A stretch of 32,000 nt of DNA from Desulfonatronum sp. SC1 (GCF_003046795.1 NZ_PZKN01000009.1:69980-101979); one strand, 5' to 3'. Counted from the stretch's first letter, positions 19,142 to 27,777 are shown. Program-made: numbers and translations. The notes: generated from the sequence alone by a model not told the origin.

Positions 19142-19446
19142 GACTGCCACATCCTGGCAATTTTTTCATCAAGAACGGTATCTGGTACGACCGTCTGACC
19201 ATCCTCAACGCTCAGAGATTTGACCCGCCCTATGCTCAGATAAATTGACCCACCTTCCTCCAATGCTCAAGAAGCAGACCCACCTCTCTGCCGAGGGTCT
19301 TACCAATTTTTGTAACCGATTCATCCTCGAACCACTTCTTCAATGGTGAGTTTTGGTGGGACGGTATCACCAGGGATCATACCACTTTTTGGCTGGTTCA
19401 TCCCTGACGGCCTCTCCTTCAAGAGCTGGCTTTGGTGGGACGGCAG
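18987..19446. repeat. Three degenerate copies of a ~70-nt unit (18987-19060, 19299-19372, 19378-19446), plus a 21-nt repeat at 18961-18981 and 19182-19202
   Basis: Copy 1: cttaccactttttatatccgattcatcctcgacagccccttcttcaagagcggcttttggtccaacggtgggacc. Copy 2: cttaccaatttttgtaaccgattcatcctcgaaccacttcttcaatggtgagttttggtgggacggtatcacc. Copy 3: ataccactttttggctggttcatccctgacggcctctccttcaagagctggctttggtgggacggcagt. The 21-nt repeat CTGG(C/T)ACGACCGTCTGACCAT has one mismatch between its two copies. Confidence 0.75.
19052..19135. repeat. Seven tandem copies of a 12-nt unit, GGTNNGACCANN
   Basis: The units are GGTGGGACCAAC, GGTTGGACCAGG, GGTGGGACCAGG, GGTTGGACCAGG, GGTAGGACCAAC, GGTGTGACCAGG, GGTGGGACCACT. 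A half unit (GGTCCAAC) lies at 19044-19051. Confidence 0.9.
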
Positions 19447-19653
19447 TTGCAAACAAGTTCGCACCGCGGTAGCAACAGAGGTAAAAGGTAAAACCGTTAG
19501 CCCGGGGCAGCACCGTGCAGCTGCGAATGAGTCCAGATTCCATCATAAACTGACTCATTTTTGCCTGGACAAAGGGGGCCACCTCAACTGCCACGCTGTT
19601 CTCGTCGGCTTTTGAGAGAGGGTCATGGCTAAGGCCTAACAATTGCCTCCTAA

Positions 19654-19792
19654 AGTTACCAACTTTATTTTACATAATTTTGGAAGCCTTATGGAGAAAG
19701 CAATCAATTAGTTACCAACTTTATTTTTTTTCAGAAATTTTACTGCCCGTATTTGCTTGCCTCCTGTCCGAAAAAGTTACCAACTTTATTTT
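19654..19792. repeat. Three direct copies of the 18-nt sequence AGTTACCAACTTTATTTT (19654-19671, 19710-19727, 19775-19792)
   Basis: All three are exact 18-mers. The two outer copies are each preceded on the + strand by GCCTCC (the - strand reads ...GTAACTTT..AGGAGGCAA). They lie between the znuB stop (19814) and the repeat-rich junction. Confidence 0.9.
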
Positions 19793-19813
19793 GATTCGAC
19801 ATGAAGTTGTGGG

Positions 19814-20635
19814 TCAAGGAGTATGAGGTGCTCCTCGCATCTTTCCCCAAAGCCGGGACAGAAAGAATCCGCCAGCCGCCACCATGACGATGGCCGCACC
19901 AGCGGTCAGATTCAGGGAGTAGGCCAGAAGCAATCCGCTTACGCAGAACACGGCGCAGAGTAGCACGGACCAAGCCATCATGATTCCCAGTGAACGCGCA
20001 ACCCTTTCCGCCATCACGGCTGGAATGGTCAACAGCGCGATGACCAGAATCAAGCCCACGGCCTGGATGACCGTTACCACGGTCAACGCGGCCAGAGCCA
20101 AAAGGCTGAAATACAGGCCGCGCACCGGGACGCCCATAACCCGTGCATGCTCCTCGTCGTATGACATGGCCAACAGGTCGTGATAGAAAAGCCTCACCCA
20201 GCCCAGCACCACCAGATTCAACGCGGCCATCAGCCATAGGCTTGTGCTGGGCACCAACAGAATGCTGCCAAACAGGTAGCTCATCAAGTCCACGTTGTAC
20301 CCAGGGGTCATGTCCACCAGGATGATCCCCGCGGCCATGCCCACGGCCCAGATCACGCCAATGGTGGCGTCGCTGCGATGCTTGGCCCCCAAACTGATCC
20401 CGCCCATGACCAAGGAAGCCAGCAAAGCGAACAGCGCGGCGCCGAGATACGGCGACGCGCCCAGATAGATCGCCGCGCCCACCCCGCCATAGGAAGCGTG
20501 GGCGACTCCGCCGGACAGAAAGACAAGACGGTTGACCACAACCAAGGCCCCCATCACCCCGCAACAAACGCTGATCAGCAAACAGGCCGCCAAGGCGTTG
20601 CGCATGAATTCGTACTGGAGAAAATCCGGGATCAT
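19814..20635 (-). CDS. znuB: Zinc/metal ABC transporter permease (ZnuB-like), 273 aa
   Basis: Polytopic hydrophobic protein (LLISVCCGVMGALVVVNRLVFLSGGVAHASYGGVG...). It is the last gene of an SBP-ATPase-permease operon and overlaps znuC by 4 nt. Confidence 0.8.
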   Translation of the reverse strand: MIPDFLQYEFMRNALAACLLISVCCGVMGALVVVNRLVFLSGGVAHASYGGVGAAIYLGASPYLGAALFALLASLVMGGISLGAKHRSDATIGVIWAVGMAAGIILVDMTPGYNVDLMSYLFGSILLVPSTSLWLMAALNLVVLGWVRLFYHDLLAMSYDEEHARVMGVPVRGLYFSLLALAALTVVTVIQAVGLILVIALLTIPAVMAERVARSLGIMMAWSVLLCAVFCVSGLLLAYSLNLTAGAAIVMVAAGGFFLSRLWGKMRGAPHTP

Positions 20636-21396
20636 GAGCAGCGATGCTCCTTAAGCACTCGGTGGGGCACCGGCCCGTGGGTCACCAGTTCCACGGGGCA
20701 GTGGTAGACGGTTTCAAGCATTGTCTGGGTGAACTCGGCCCGGTCATGGTAAAAGAGCGTTTTGTTCACGCAGGCCACGGACGTGGCGTAGCTGGAAAGA
20801 ATGGAGAGATCATGGCTGACCACGATGATGGTCATGGACGCGTTCAATTCCTTGAGCAAATCATAGAGGGCCGTCTGAAAGTCCCGGTCCACGCTGGCCG
20901 TGGGTTCGTCCAGAAAGAGCAGTTCCGGGTCGTTGGCCAGGGCTCTGGCGATAAAGACCCGTTGCCGTTGACCGCCGGAAAGCCGGCCGATGCGCCGATC
21001 GCGCAAACCCCACATGCCCACCCGCTCTAGGGCTAGGCGCGTCGCCTCCCGGTCCGCCGCGTCGAAACCGCGCCAAAAGGAGCGCTGAGGCAAGCGACCG
21101 AGCAACACCACGTCTTCAACCATAATGGGAAATTGGGTATGAATACTGGTGTGTTGCGGAACATACCCCACCTTGCGGGGCATCCTTCCAGGGGCCGCGC
21201 CGAGCACGGAGGCGACGCCTTTGCGTGGCTTCAGGATTCCCAGCAGGATCTTTAGCAGCGTGGTCTTCCCCCCCCCGTTGGGTCCCAGCACGGCCAGAAA
21301 TTCCCCCTGGCGCACACGCAGCTCCACGTCTTCCAGGACGGGATGTCCATCATAGGCGAAGCACACACCCTGGGCGTGCACGACAGGAGGGGACAT
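20632..21396 (-). CDS. znuC: Zinc/metal ABC transporter ATP-binging subunit (ZnuC-like), 254 aa
   Basis: Walker A is GPNGGGKTT, the ABC signature is LSGGQRQRVFIARAL, Walker B is LLFLDEPTASVD and the H-loop is VVSHD. Confidence 0.9.
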   Translation of the reverse strand: MSPPVVHAQGVCFAYDGHPVLEDVELRVRQGEFLAVLGPNGGGKTTLLKILLGILKPRKGVASVLGAAPGRMPRKVGYVPQHTSIHTQFPIMVEDVVLLGRLPQRSFWRGFDAADREATRLALERVGMWGLRDRRIGRLSGGQRQRVFIARALANDPELLFLDEPTASVDRDFQTALYDLLKELNASMTIIVVSHDLSILSSYATSVACVNKTLFYHDRAEFTQTMLETVYHCPVELVTHGPVPHRVLKEHRCS

Positions 21397-21408
21397 GGGA
21401 CAACTCCG

Positions 21409-22395
21409 TTACTGCATCGCTTGCTTGAATGTTCTGGCCACGTCGCGCATGTTCTCCATCCAGTTTTCTGCCAACGGGTTGATTGCGATGGTCCGGCCAT
21501 TGATGGCCGAGGCGATGGTTTCTGCGCCGCGGGTGGAAAACTGCGGGGAGACGAAAACAACGCGAATCCCATCTACCTTGGCCCGCTGAATCAGATGTTG
21601 CAAGTCCTGGGCCTTGGGTTCCTTGCCCTCCAGTTCCACCGGGATCTGCTCAAGCCCGTAATGCCGAGCAAAGTAGCCCCAGGCGGGATGAAAGACCATG
21701 AACGCCGTCCCTTGCTTTCCGGCCAAGGTTTGGCGGATGTCCGCATCCAGGGCGTCCAGGTCGGCCATGAATGCCTTGAAGTTGGCTTCATATACCGGTG
21801 CATGCACGCCGTCGAGGGCCGTCAAGGCCTCGAGGATGTGCCGTGCCTGGATGCGGACCAAATCCGGCGAAAGCCAGACGTGGGTGTCCAGTCCGCCGTG
21901 ATGGTGGTGGTCATGCTCGTGGTCATGCTCGTGGTCATGCCCATGATCATGGTCGTGACTCTTTCCTTGAGCATGTTCGTGTCCGTGATCGTGATTCTTT
22001 CCATGATCGTGCCCATGGTCATGATGGTGGGGGATCATGGGGAGTTTCTCGATGCCCGCATCCGTGTGGACGATCCGCAGTTCAGGATGAAGTGCTGCTA
22101 TCTTGGACAAAAGGTTTTTCTCGAATTCCACCCCCAAGGCAAAATATATCTTGGCCTGGGCCAAGGTCCGCATCTGGTCCGGTTTCGGCTCGTAGACATG
22201 CGGGCTGACGCCCGGCGGGACCATGACGGACACATTTACGAGTTGGTCGCCGATGCGCTCCACGAAGTACTTTTGCGGCGCGATGCTCACGAATACCTCA
22301 AACGGCTGTGCTCGGACGGATGCCGCGCTCAGCGTCATGAACAACACCACGAACAGAGCAATCCCAAGCCTCAAATCCCAATTTTGCATATTCAT
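21409..22395 (-). CDS. znuA: Periplasmic metal-binding protein of the ZnuA/TroA cluster with a long His/Asp-rich loop, 328 aa
   Basis: Signal peptide is [30 protein letters not shown]. The His-rich insert is [52 protein letters not shown] and FHPAWGYF motifs are typical of ZnuA-type SBPs. Confidence 0.85.
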   Translation of the reverse strand: MNMQNWDLRLGIALFVVLFMTLSAASVRAQPFEVFVSIAPQKYFVERIGDQLVNVSVMVPPGVSPHVYEPKPDQMRTLAQAKIYFALGVEFEKNLLSKIAALHPELRIVHTDAGIEKLPMIPHHHDHGHDHGKNHDHGHEHAQGKSHDHDHGHDHEHDHEHDHHHHGGLDTHVWLSPDLVRIQARHILEALTALDGVHAPVYEANFKAFMADLDALDADIRQTLAGKQGTAFMVFHPAWGYFARHYGLEQIPVELEGKEPKAQDLQHLIQRAKVDGIRVVFVSPQFSTRGAETIASAINGRTIAINPLAENWMENMRDVARTFKQAMQ

Positions 22396-22447
22396 ATCCT
22401 CCTGGTTACCTTACCCGATGCGGCACGCCTCTCGTCCTCAGCCTTTC

Positions 22448-22473
22448 GATGATATTGATTTTGCGGTATCATC
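22448..22473. promoter_or_regulatory. Fur/Zur-box-like inverted repeat GATGATA-N12-TATCATC in the divergent znuA / zur promoter region
   Basis: A perfect 7-bp inverted repeat built from GATAAT-like hexamers (GATGAT ATTGAT ... GTATCATC). It lies 53-78 nt upstream of the znuA ATG and ~137 nt upstream of the Fur-family gene. Confidence 0.45.
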
Positions 22474-22609
22474 ACGGATGATGGCAAGCAAATGGCGTTG
22501 TTGAGAGTCAATTGATAACCTTCTTGGCAAATGGTAAGGGGAAAAGAGGAGAGAGGGTGGCCTCGAAAAAAAAACGCCCCGAGCGAAAGCGACCGCATAA
22601 AAGCCGGAA

Positions 22610-23029
22610 ATGAAACGAAAAACACAACAACGACAAGCTATTCAATCGGTCCTTGGCAAGGCCATGGGACCGCTGACCATCCCCGAGATTCACCGGGAAG
22701 CCTTACGCTATTCGCCAGGCTTGGGAATCGCCACGGTCTATCGAACCGTTCGAGATATGTTGGAACAGTGCGCGATTTTACAAATCGGCATTCCAGGAGA
22801 AATCCCCAGATACGAGGACGCGCATCGCTCACACCATCATTTTTTCCAGTGCCGCGTTTGTTCCCGGGTCTTTGAAGTCCACGAATGTCCCACCGACCTT
22901 CATCGCTTGGTCCCGGAAGGGTTTGAGTTGGAGGATCACGAGGTGTTCCTGTTCGGTCGTTGCAAGGACTGTCGCGGGGTGCCTGCGGATATGCATCCCG
23001 CCAAACCGGCAGAAACGATCGACATGTGA
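22610..23029 (+). CDS. zur: Fur-family metalloregulator, probably Zur, 139 aa
   Basis: N-terminal wHTH region reads RQAIQSVLGKAMGPLTIPEIHREALRYSPGLGIATVYRTV. The HHHF motif and two CxxC pairs (QCRVC, GRCKDC) are typical of Fur-family proteins. It is divergent from znuACB. Confidence 0.8.
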   Translation: MKRKTQQRQAIQSVLGKAMGPLTIPEIHREALRYSPGLGIATVYRTVRDMLEQCAILQIGIPGEIPRYEDAHRSHHHFFQCRVCSRVFEVHECPTDLHRLVPEGFELEDHEVFLFGRCKDCRGVPADMHPAKPAETIDM

Positions 23030-23052
23030 TTCGTTTCTCCAGGAGCCGACAG

Positions 23053-24108
23053 CTACTTGATCTCCAGCCGGGGAGCTCCAGGGTGATGCGAAACGGCCCG
23101 CCCGATGACCTCGCACATCTCCCCTCCCTCTTGAAGCAGCCTTTGGGCCTCGGCCACCTGCTTCTCGGCAACTCCCAGCACCAGACCGCCGGAAGTCTGG
23201 GCGTCAAAAATCATGTCCGTGCGCAGCGTGTCCACGCCGGGCTTGATCTCCACCTGCTTGGCGCAGTGCTTCTTGTTGGCGAAACTGCCAGCGGGAAGCA
23301 TGCCCATGGCGATCAATTCCAAGGCTCGGTCCAGGACCGGAACGCTTTCGGCGTCCAGGACAATCCGTACGTCCGAGGCATTGGCCATCTCCAGCAGATG
23401 CCCGCCCAAGCCGAATCCGGTCACATCCGTGGCACCCTTCAATCCTAGCTTGGCGATGACTTCCCCGCCAACCCGGTTCAGCCGCCCGGCCCAGTGATAC
23501 AGAAGCTTTTCCAGCTCTTCCGCGCCGGGCAACTCGGCCTTCAACCCCGTGGCCAAGACGCCTGAGCCCAACGGCTTGGTCAGAATCAGCCGATCACCGG
23601 GACGCAGGCCACCATTGGTCGCATAACCTTCCGGAGCGACGACGCCGGTGACCGCCAAGCCGTATTTGATCTCCTGATCTTCGACGCTGTGACCTCCGGC
23701 CAGCACCGCTCCGGCCTCTTGGATCTTGTCCAATCCGCCGCGCAGAATTTCCTTGAGAATATCCTTGGAAAGGGTTTTGATTGGAAAACAGACGATGTTC
23801 ATGGCGCACCATGGAGTTCCCCCCATGGCATAAACGTCCGAGAGCGAGTTGGCGGCGGCGATTTGCCCGAACCAATAGGGATTGTTGACGATGGGGGTGA
23901 AGAAATCCACGGTCTGAACCAGGGCCATGTTCGGCGGGAACCGGAGTATCGCCGCGTCCTCGGCATGCGCTGTTCCGGAAAGCAGGCGCTCGTCCGGGTG
24001 AATGACGAGATCCTTTAAAACGCTCTCCAGGTCCCCTGGAGATATTTTGGAGGCTCAACCGGCGGCACTGACACCGCGGACCAGAGCACAGTCATCCAGA
24101 TTGATCAT
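23053..24108 (-). CDS. selD: Selenide, water dikinase (selenophosphate synthetase) with an in-frame UGA = selenocysteine at codon 18; 351 codons
   Basis: The track ORF (23053-23928) begins MALVQTVDFFTPIV..DVYAMGG, which is internal SelD sequence. Reading the same frame upstream gives MINLDDCALVRGVSAAG-U(TGA, 24057-24055)-ASKISPGDLESVLKDLVIHPDERLLSGTAHAEDAAILRFPPN. This matches the SelD glycine-rich active-site loop (E. coli GAGCGCKISPKVL), with Sec at the catalytic Cys position. GAGG motifs lie upstream of ATG 24108. Confidence 0.85.
24024..24042 (-). promoter_or_regulatory. SECIS-like mRNA hairpin 12 nt downstream of the selD UGA
   Basis: On the - strand, UGA is followed by GCCUCCAAAAUA and then UCUCCAGG-GGA-CCUGGAGA. 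This is a perfect 8-bp stem with a G-rich apical loop. The spacing is typical of bacterial SECIS elements. Confidence 0.6.
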
Positions 24109-24112
24109 AACC

Positions 24113-25111
24113 TCAACCTCGTTGGTGATGGAAGGAATCAGAGTGGCCAACGGAGCGACGCACCAAGTCGAACACTTCCTCTTCGACCTGATGCTGAATC
24201 GCCTCGGGCTGCTCAAATGTCTCGGCTGCTTCGATGACGAATTTCAAAAAATACCGTACGACGGGAAACTGGTGACGCAAGGGGTGATGGACAACGAAAA
24301 AACTGCGCTCGAAGCGGAGTTCCGGAATGCTGACGGCGGTCAATTCTCCGCGCTGAAGGTACTCCCGAGCGGCCAGCCGGGAGCTGACGGTAATTCCCAT
24401 GCCGCAACGCACGAAACGCAACAGGGCTTCCGTGCCGTCCACGACGCTGACCACGTTCAGTTCCTTGGGCGAACATCCTGCTTTTTCCAAGGCCTGCTCC
24501 ACGGCAAGTCGCGTTCCTGATCCAGGTTGGCGCACCACCCAAGGCATCTTGGCAATGGATTCCATGCTGAACGGTGTGCGGCGTCCGGACAAAAAATTAG
24601 GCGCAGCCAAGACCACAAGCGAGTCGTCCACCAAGGTCTGAAACTCCAGCTCAGAAGATTCGTCCCTGGCTCCTACCACACCGACACATAGCTCTCCCCG
24701 GGAAATCAAGTCAAGAATGTTCAAGGAATCGCCTTCGACCAGAGAGATGCGGACATTGGGATATTTTCGTGAAAAACGGCTGAGCAATTCCGGAAAAAGG
24801 TAGTTCGTGGGAATTGTGCTTCCCCCCAGTTTCAACTCTCCGGACACGTCGTTGGACAGCAAACGAATTTCAGACTCGGCCCGATCCAGGGATGTAAAGA
24901 TGGAAGCGCAATGCCCGTAGAGAATGTCCGCGGCCTGAGTCGGTAAAATGCCGCGCCCGAGGCGATCAAACAATGAGACTTGGATGGATTGTTCCAATGA
25001 GGCCACATGGGCGCTGATGGTGGGTTGAGACAAAGCAAGGTCTTCCGCGGCCCGAGAAAAGCTTTTTCGCTCATATACCTTGGCAAAGGCTCTCAGTTGA
25101 CGCATATCCAT
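24113..25111 (-). CDS. LysR-family transcriptional regulator, 332 aa
   Basis: N-terminal HTH reads MDMRQLRAFAKVYERKSFSRAAEDLALSQPTISAHVASLE, followed by a LysR substrate-binding-type C-terminal region. Its stop lies 4 nt before the selD ATG. Confidence 0.85.
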   Translation of the reverse strand: MDMRQLRAFAKVYERKSFSRAAEDLALSQPTISAHVASLEQSIQVSLFDRLGRGILPTQAADILYGHCASIFTSLDRAESEIRLLSNDVSGELKLGGSTIPTNYLFPELLSRFSRKYPNVRISLVEGDSLNILDLISRGELCVGVVGARDESSELEFQTLVDDSLVVLAAPNFLSGRRTPFSMESIAKMPWVVRQPGSGTRLAVEQALEKAGCSPKELNVVSVVDGTEALLRFVRCGMGITVSSRLAAREYLQRGELTAVSIPELRFERSFFVVHHPLRHQFPVVRYFLKFVIEAAETFEQPEAIQHQVEEEVFDLVRRSVGHSDSFHHQRG

Positions 25112-25152
25112 ATATACGATCCAAGCAATAGATTTTAGCTATCGAACAAGTT

Positions 25153-25180
25153 AAAAAAAAGGCAGAGCAAGAGCTCTGCC
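25153..25180 (-). terminator. Rho-independent terminator of the ribosomal protein/rpoA operon
   Basis: The - strand reads GGCAGAGC-UCUU-GCUCUGCC followed by U8. It lies 22 nt after the rplQ stop. Confidence 0.8.
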
Positions 25181-25201
25181 TTTATCACATGCATCAATGG
25201 T

Positions 25202-25684
25202 TCACTCAGTGGACTTTTCTCGAGGGGCCGAAGAGGCTTCTTCGGTCGCGGGATTCTGTGGAACCGTGCTTTGCGCAACGGATGTTGTCGGAGAATTCCC
25301 TATCTCAGTTTGTCCACTCACGCCATCATGCTTCGTAAACTCAATGAAAGCCAAAGGAGCACAGTCTCCCGGTCGTGGTGACCCAAGCTTCAATACGCGT
25401 GTGTATCCACCAGGGACATCCTGATACAAGGGAGCAATCTCGTCAAACAGTCGTTTAACAAGCCCATGGTCCCCCAAGACCTTGTACACCAGCCGCCTGG
25501 AATGCAAATCATTGCGCTTTGCCTTGGTCACGAGTTTTTCAACCACACCACGAAGTTCCTTGGCCTTGGCTTCAGTGGTTTGAATACGGCCATGCTGGAT
25601 CAGCGCGCTGGCCATGTTCCGAAACATGGCTTTTCGGTGGGCCGGTGTCCGGTTGAACTTTCTACCGCTCTTCCTGTGTCTCAT
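25202..25684 (-). CDS. rplQ: 50S ribosomal protein L17, with a ~40-aa low-complexity C-terminal extension
   Basis: [45 protein letters not shown] is canonical L17. Confidence 0.95.
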   Translation of the reverse strand: MRHRKSGRKFNRTPAHRKAMFRNMASALIQHGRIQTTEAKAKELRGVVEKLVTKAKRNDLHSRRLVYKVLGDHGLVKRLFDEIAPLYQDVPGGYTRVLKLGSPRPGDCAPLAFIEFTKHDGVSGQTEIGNSPTTSVAQSTVPQNPATEEASSAPREKSTE

Positions 25685-26714
25685 GAGTTTCTTCCTTCTT
25701 CAACCATTCCTGATATTTCTCTTCGAAATTAGGCACATCGGTCCCAAAATCAAAGCCCATTTTATTGACAACGCGCCGAATTTCCTCAAGTGACTTCCGA
25801 CCGAAGTTCCGCGTTTCCAAAATTTCGTTTTCCGTCTTTTGAACAAGTTCGCCAAAAATAGCTATTCCAGCGCTCTTCAAGCAATTGGTCGCCCTTACGG
25901 AAAGCTCAAGATCCTCAATGGACTTGAACAAAACGGGATCAATACTTTGGTCCGTGGCGTCCGCCGCTCCTTGTTCGTCGTCGCTGTCATCGAATGCGAT
26001 GAACACGGAGAGCTGGTCTTTAAGTATCTTGGCGGAATAGGCGAAAGCATCATCTGGACGTACTGACCCGTCTGTCCAAACTTCCATGACCAGCTTGTCA
26101 TAATTGGTCATCTGACCAACTCGCGCCTGCTCCACGGAATACGCGGCCTTAAGGATAGGAGAAAAGTTCGCGTCCAACGCGATCAATCCAATTTCCTCGT
26201 CCAGGCCTTCATGCATTTCCGCTGGAAGATACCCCTTGCCCATACGGACTTCAAGCTCCAAGCGAAAATCAACGTCGTCAGTCAAAGTAGCGATGAGTTG
26301 TTCGGTATTGTAGACCTTGACCCGTTGATTTTCCTGAATAGCGGAAGCAGTGACCACTCCTTTAGAGTTTGCCGTGAGCTGAAGTCGTTGTGGCTCATCG
26401 GTGGTCATGGCCAAGCGAACCTGCTTCAAGTTAAGCACGATATCCGTGATATCCTCAAGAACGCCAGGAATAGTCGAAAACTCGTGCTGGACGCCCTCGA
26501 TGCGCACGGCGACGATGGCCGCCCCCTGCATAGACGACAGCAGGACGCGACGCAGGGCGTTGCCAATTGTTGTCCCAAACCCACGTTCTAACGGCTCACA
26601 GATAAACTTGCCGTAGGTATTGGTAGAGCGCTTGTCCTTGACAAGCTGGTCGGGCTTGACCAACTCCGTCCAATTTCGGGTGTTGAGGAGCTTGTCGCCT
26701 TTACGAATGAACAT
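25662..26714 (-). CDS. rpoA: DNA-directed RNA polymerase alpha subunit
   Basis: [24 protein letters not shown]...[17 protein letters not shown]...[12 protein letters not shown] prefer ATG 26714 (AGGTG 6 nt upstream) over the track's TTG at 26729. Confidence 0.95.
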   Translation of the reverse strand: MFIRKGDKLLNTRNWTELVKPDQLVKDKRSTNTYGKFICEPLERGFGTTIGNALRRVLLSSMQGAAIVAVRIEGVQHEFSTIPGVLEDITDIVLNLKQVRLAMTTDEPQRLQLTANSKGVVTASAIQENQRVKVYNTEQLIATLTDDVDFRLELEVRMGKGYLPAEMHEGLDEEIGLIALDANFSPILKAAYSVEQARVGQMTNYDKLVMEVWTDGSVRPDDAFAYSAKILKDQLSVFIAFDDSDDEQGAADATDQSIDPVLFKSIEDLELSVRATNCLKSAGIAIFGELVQKTENEILETRNFGRKSLEEIRRVVNKMGFDFGTDVPNFEEKYQEWLKKEETHETQEER

Positions 26715-26732
26715 TCTATGCACCTGCAAAGA

Positions 26733-27359
26733 TTATTTTGAATACAACTCTACGATGAGCTGTTCGTTGATCTGAAAAGATATATCTTCGCGAGTCGGAA
26801 CGGCGACGAGTTTGCCTCTAGTCTGAGGACCGTCGACTTCCAACCAAGCGGGGGTTCCGCGACGGGCGATCACCTGCTGGGCTTCCTGAATAACGGGAAT
26901 CTTGCGACTCGACTCCTTGACCACGATCTCGTCACCAATGCGCAAGCGCAAAGAGGGTATATTCACCTTATGGCCGTTCAAGGTAAAATGACCATGGCGG
27001 ATTAACTGTCGGGCCTGATCGCGAGAATTTGCATATCCCATGCGGTAAACGACGTTGTCCAGGCGTGTTTCCAGCAATACCAATAAATTGGTTCCGGTTA
27101 CGCCCCGTTGCTTGTCGGCCCTGGAAAAATAATTCCGGAACGGTCGCTCAAGTACTCCGAAAGTGCGACGTAATTTCTGCTTTTCTCGCAATTGCAAGGC
27201 ATAGTCGCTGAACTTTTTCCGTGCACGACCGTGTTCCCCGGGTGCATATGAACGTCGCTCGTAGGCACATTTGTCGGTGAAACAGCGATCACCTTTCAAA
27301 AAAAGCTTTGCGCCTTCCCGGCGGCACAATCGGCATTTTGCATCAGTATATCTGGCCAA
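26733..27359 (-). CDS. rpsD: 30S ribosomal protein S4
   Basis: [32 protein letters not shown]... is canonical S4 with its zinc-finger N-terminus. Confidence 0.95.
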   Translation of the reverse strand: MARYTDAKCRLCRREGAKLFLKGDRCFTDKCAYERRSYAPGEHGRARKKFSDYALQLREKQKLRRTFGVLERPFRNYFSRADKQRGVTGTNLLVLLETRLDNVVYRMGYANSRDQARQLIRHGHFTLNGHKVNIPSLRLRIGDEIVVKESSRKIPVIQEAQQVIARRGTPAWLEVDGPQTRGKLVAVPTREDISFQINEQLIVELYSK

Positions 27360-27384
27360 AATCTCCTACCTCCCCTCTCCTTAA

Positions 27385-27777
27385 TTAGACCCTTCTGCGT
27401 TTGGGCGGACGGCAACCATTGTGCGGAATCGGCGTGATGTCACGGATATAGGTTACCTGAAAGCCGACCTTGTTAATGGCCCGCATGGCTGCTTCGCGGC
27501 CGGAGCCCGGCCCCTTGACCAGTACGCCTACGGTTCGCATGCCTTGTTCCTGCGCCTTGCGAGCTGCGGTTTCGGCGGCGAGTTGAGCAGCAAAAGGGGT
27601 GCTTTTCCGCGATCCTTTGAAGCCGGACATTCCGGAACTGGCCCAACTAACTACGTTTCCCTTCTGATCGGTAAAGGAAATGATGGTGTTGTTAAAGGTG
27701 GCCTGGATGTGAGCGACTCCCACTGGAATGTTTTTTTTCTCTTTCCGTTTGCCGGCTTTACGAGCAGGTCTTGCCAT
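27385..27777 (-). CDS. rpsK: 30S ribosomal protein S11
   Basis: [30 protein letters not shown]...[20 protein letters not shown]. Confidence 0.95.
   Translation of the reverse strand: MARPARKAGKRKEKKNIPVGVAHIQATFNNTIISFTDQKGNVVSWASSGMSGFKGSRKSTPFAAQLAAETAARKAQEQGMRTVGVLVKGPGSGREAAMRAINKVGFQVTYIRDITPIPHNGCRPPKRRRV

Noticed and set aside
19367-19642. 91-aa - strand ORF (MLGLSHDPLSKADENSVAVEV...) as a confident gene, for example a toxin/antitoxin or a regulator.
   Set aside because: It starts at TTG only 3 nt after a GGAGG. I see no recognisable family motifs, and the C-terminus runs into the degenerate repeat units. It is kept only as part of the repeat-junction finding.
19654-19792. Possible CRISPR array, suggested by three identical repeats with ~40-47-nt spacers.
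   Set aside because: The repeats are only 18 nt, AT-rich and non-palindromic. There are only three copies, the spacing is irregular (56 and 65 nt), and the window has no cas genes.
18815-19813. A tRNA gene, integrase or transposase that would mark the island boundary.
   Set aside because: No T-loop-like GGTTCGAnTCC motif and no cloverleaf-compatible segment was spotted by eye. No ORF has integrase or transposase motifs. Mobile origin of the BREX island therefore cannot be shown from this window.
24002-24520. 172-aa + strand ORF, plus the 23594-24058 - strand ORF, which overlap the selD/LysR junction.
   Set aside because: Both overlap motif-supported genes (the selD N-terminus with its Sec codon, and the LysR C-terminus), and their translations are low-complexity.
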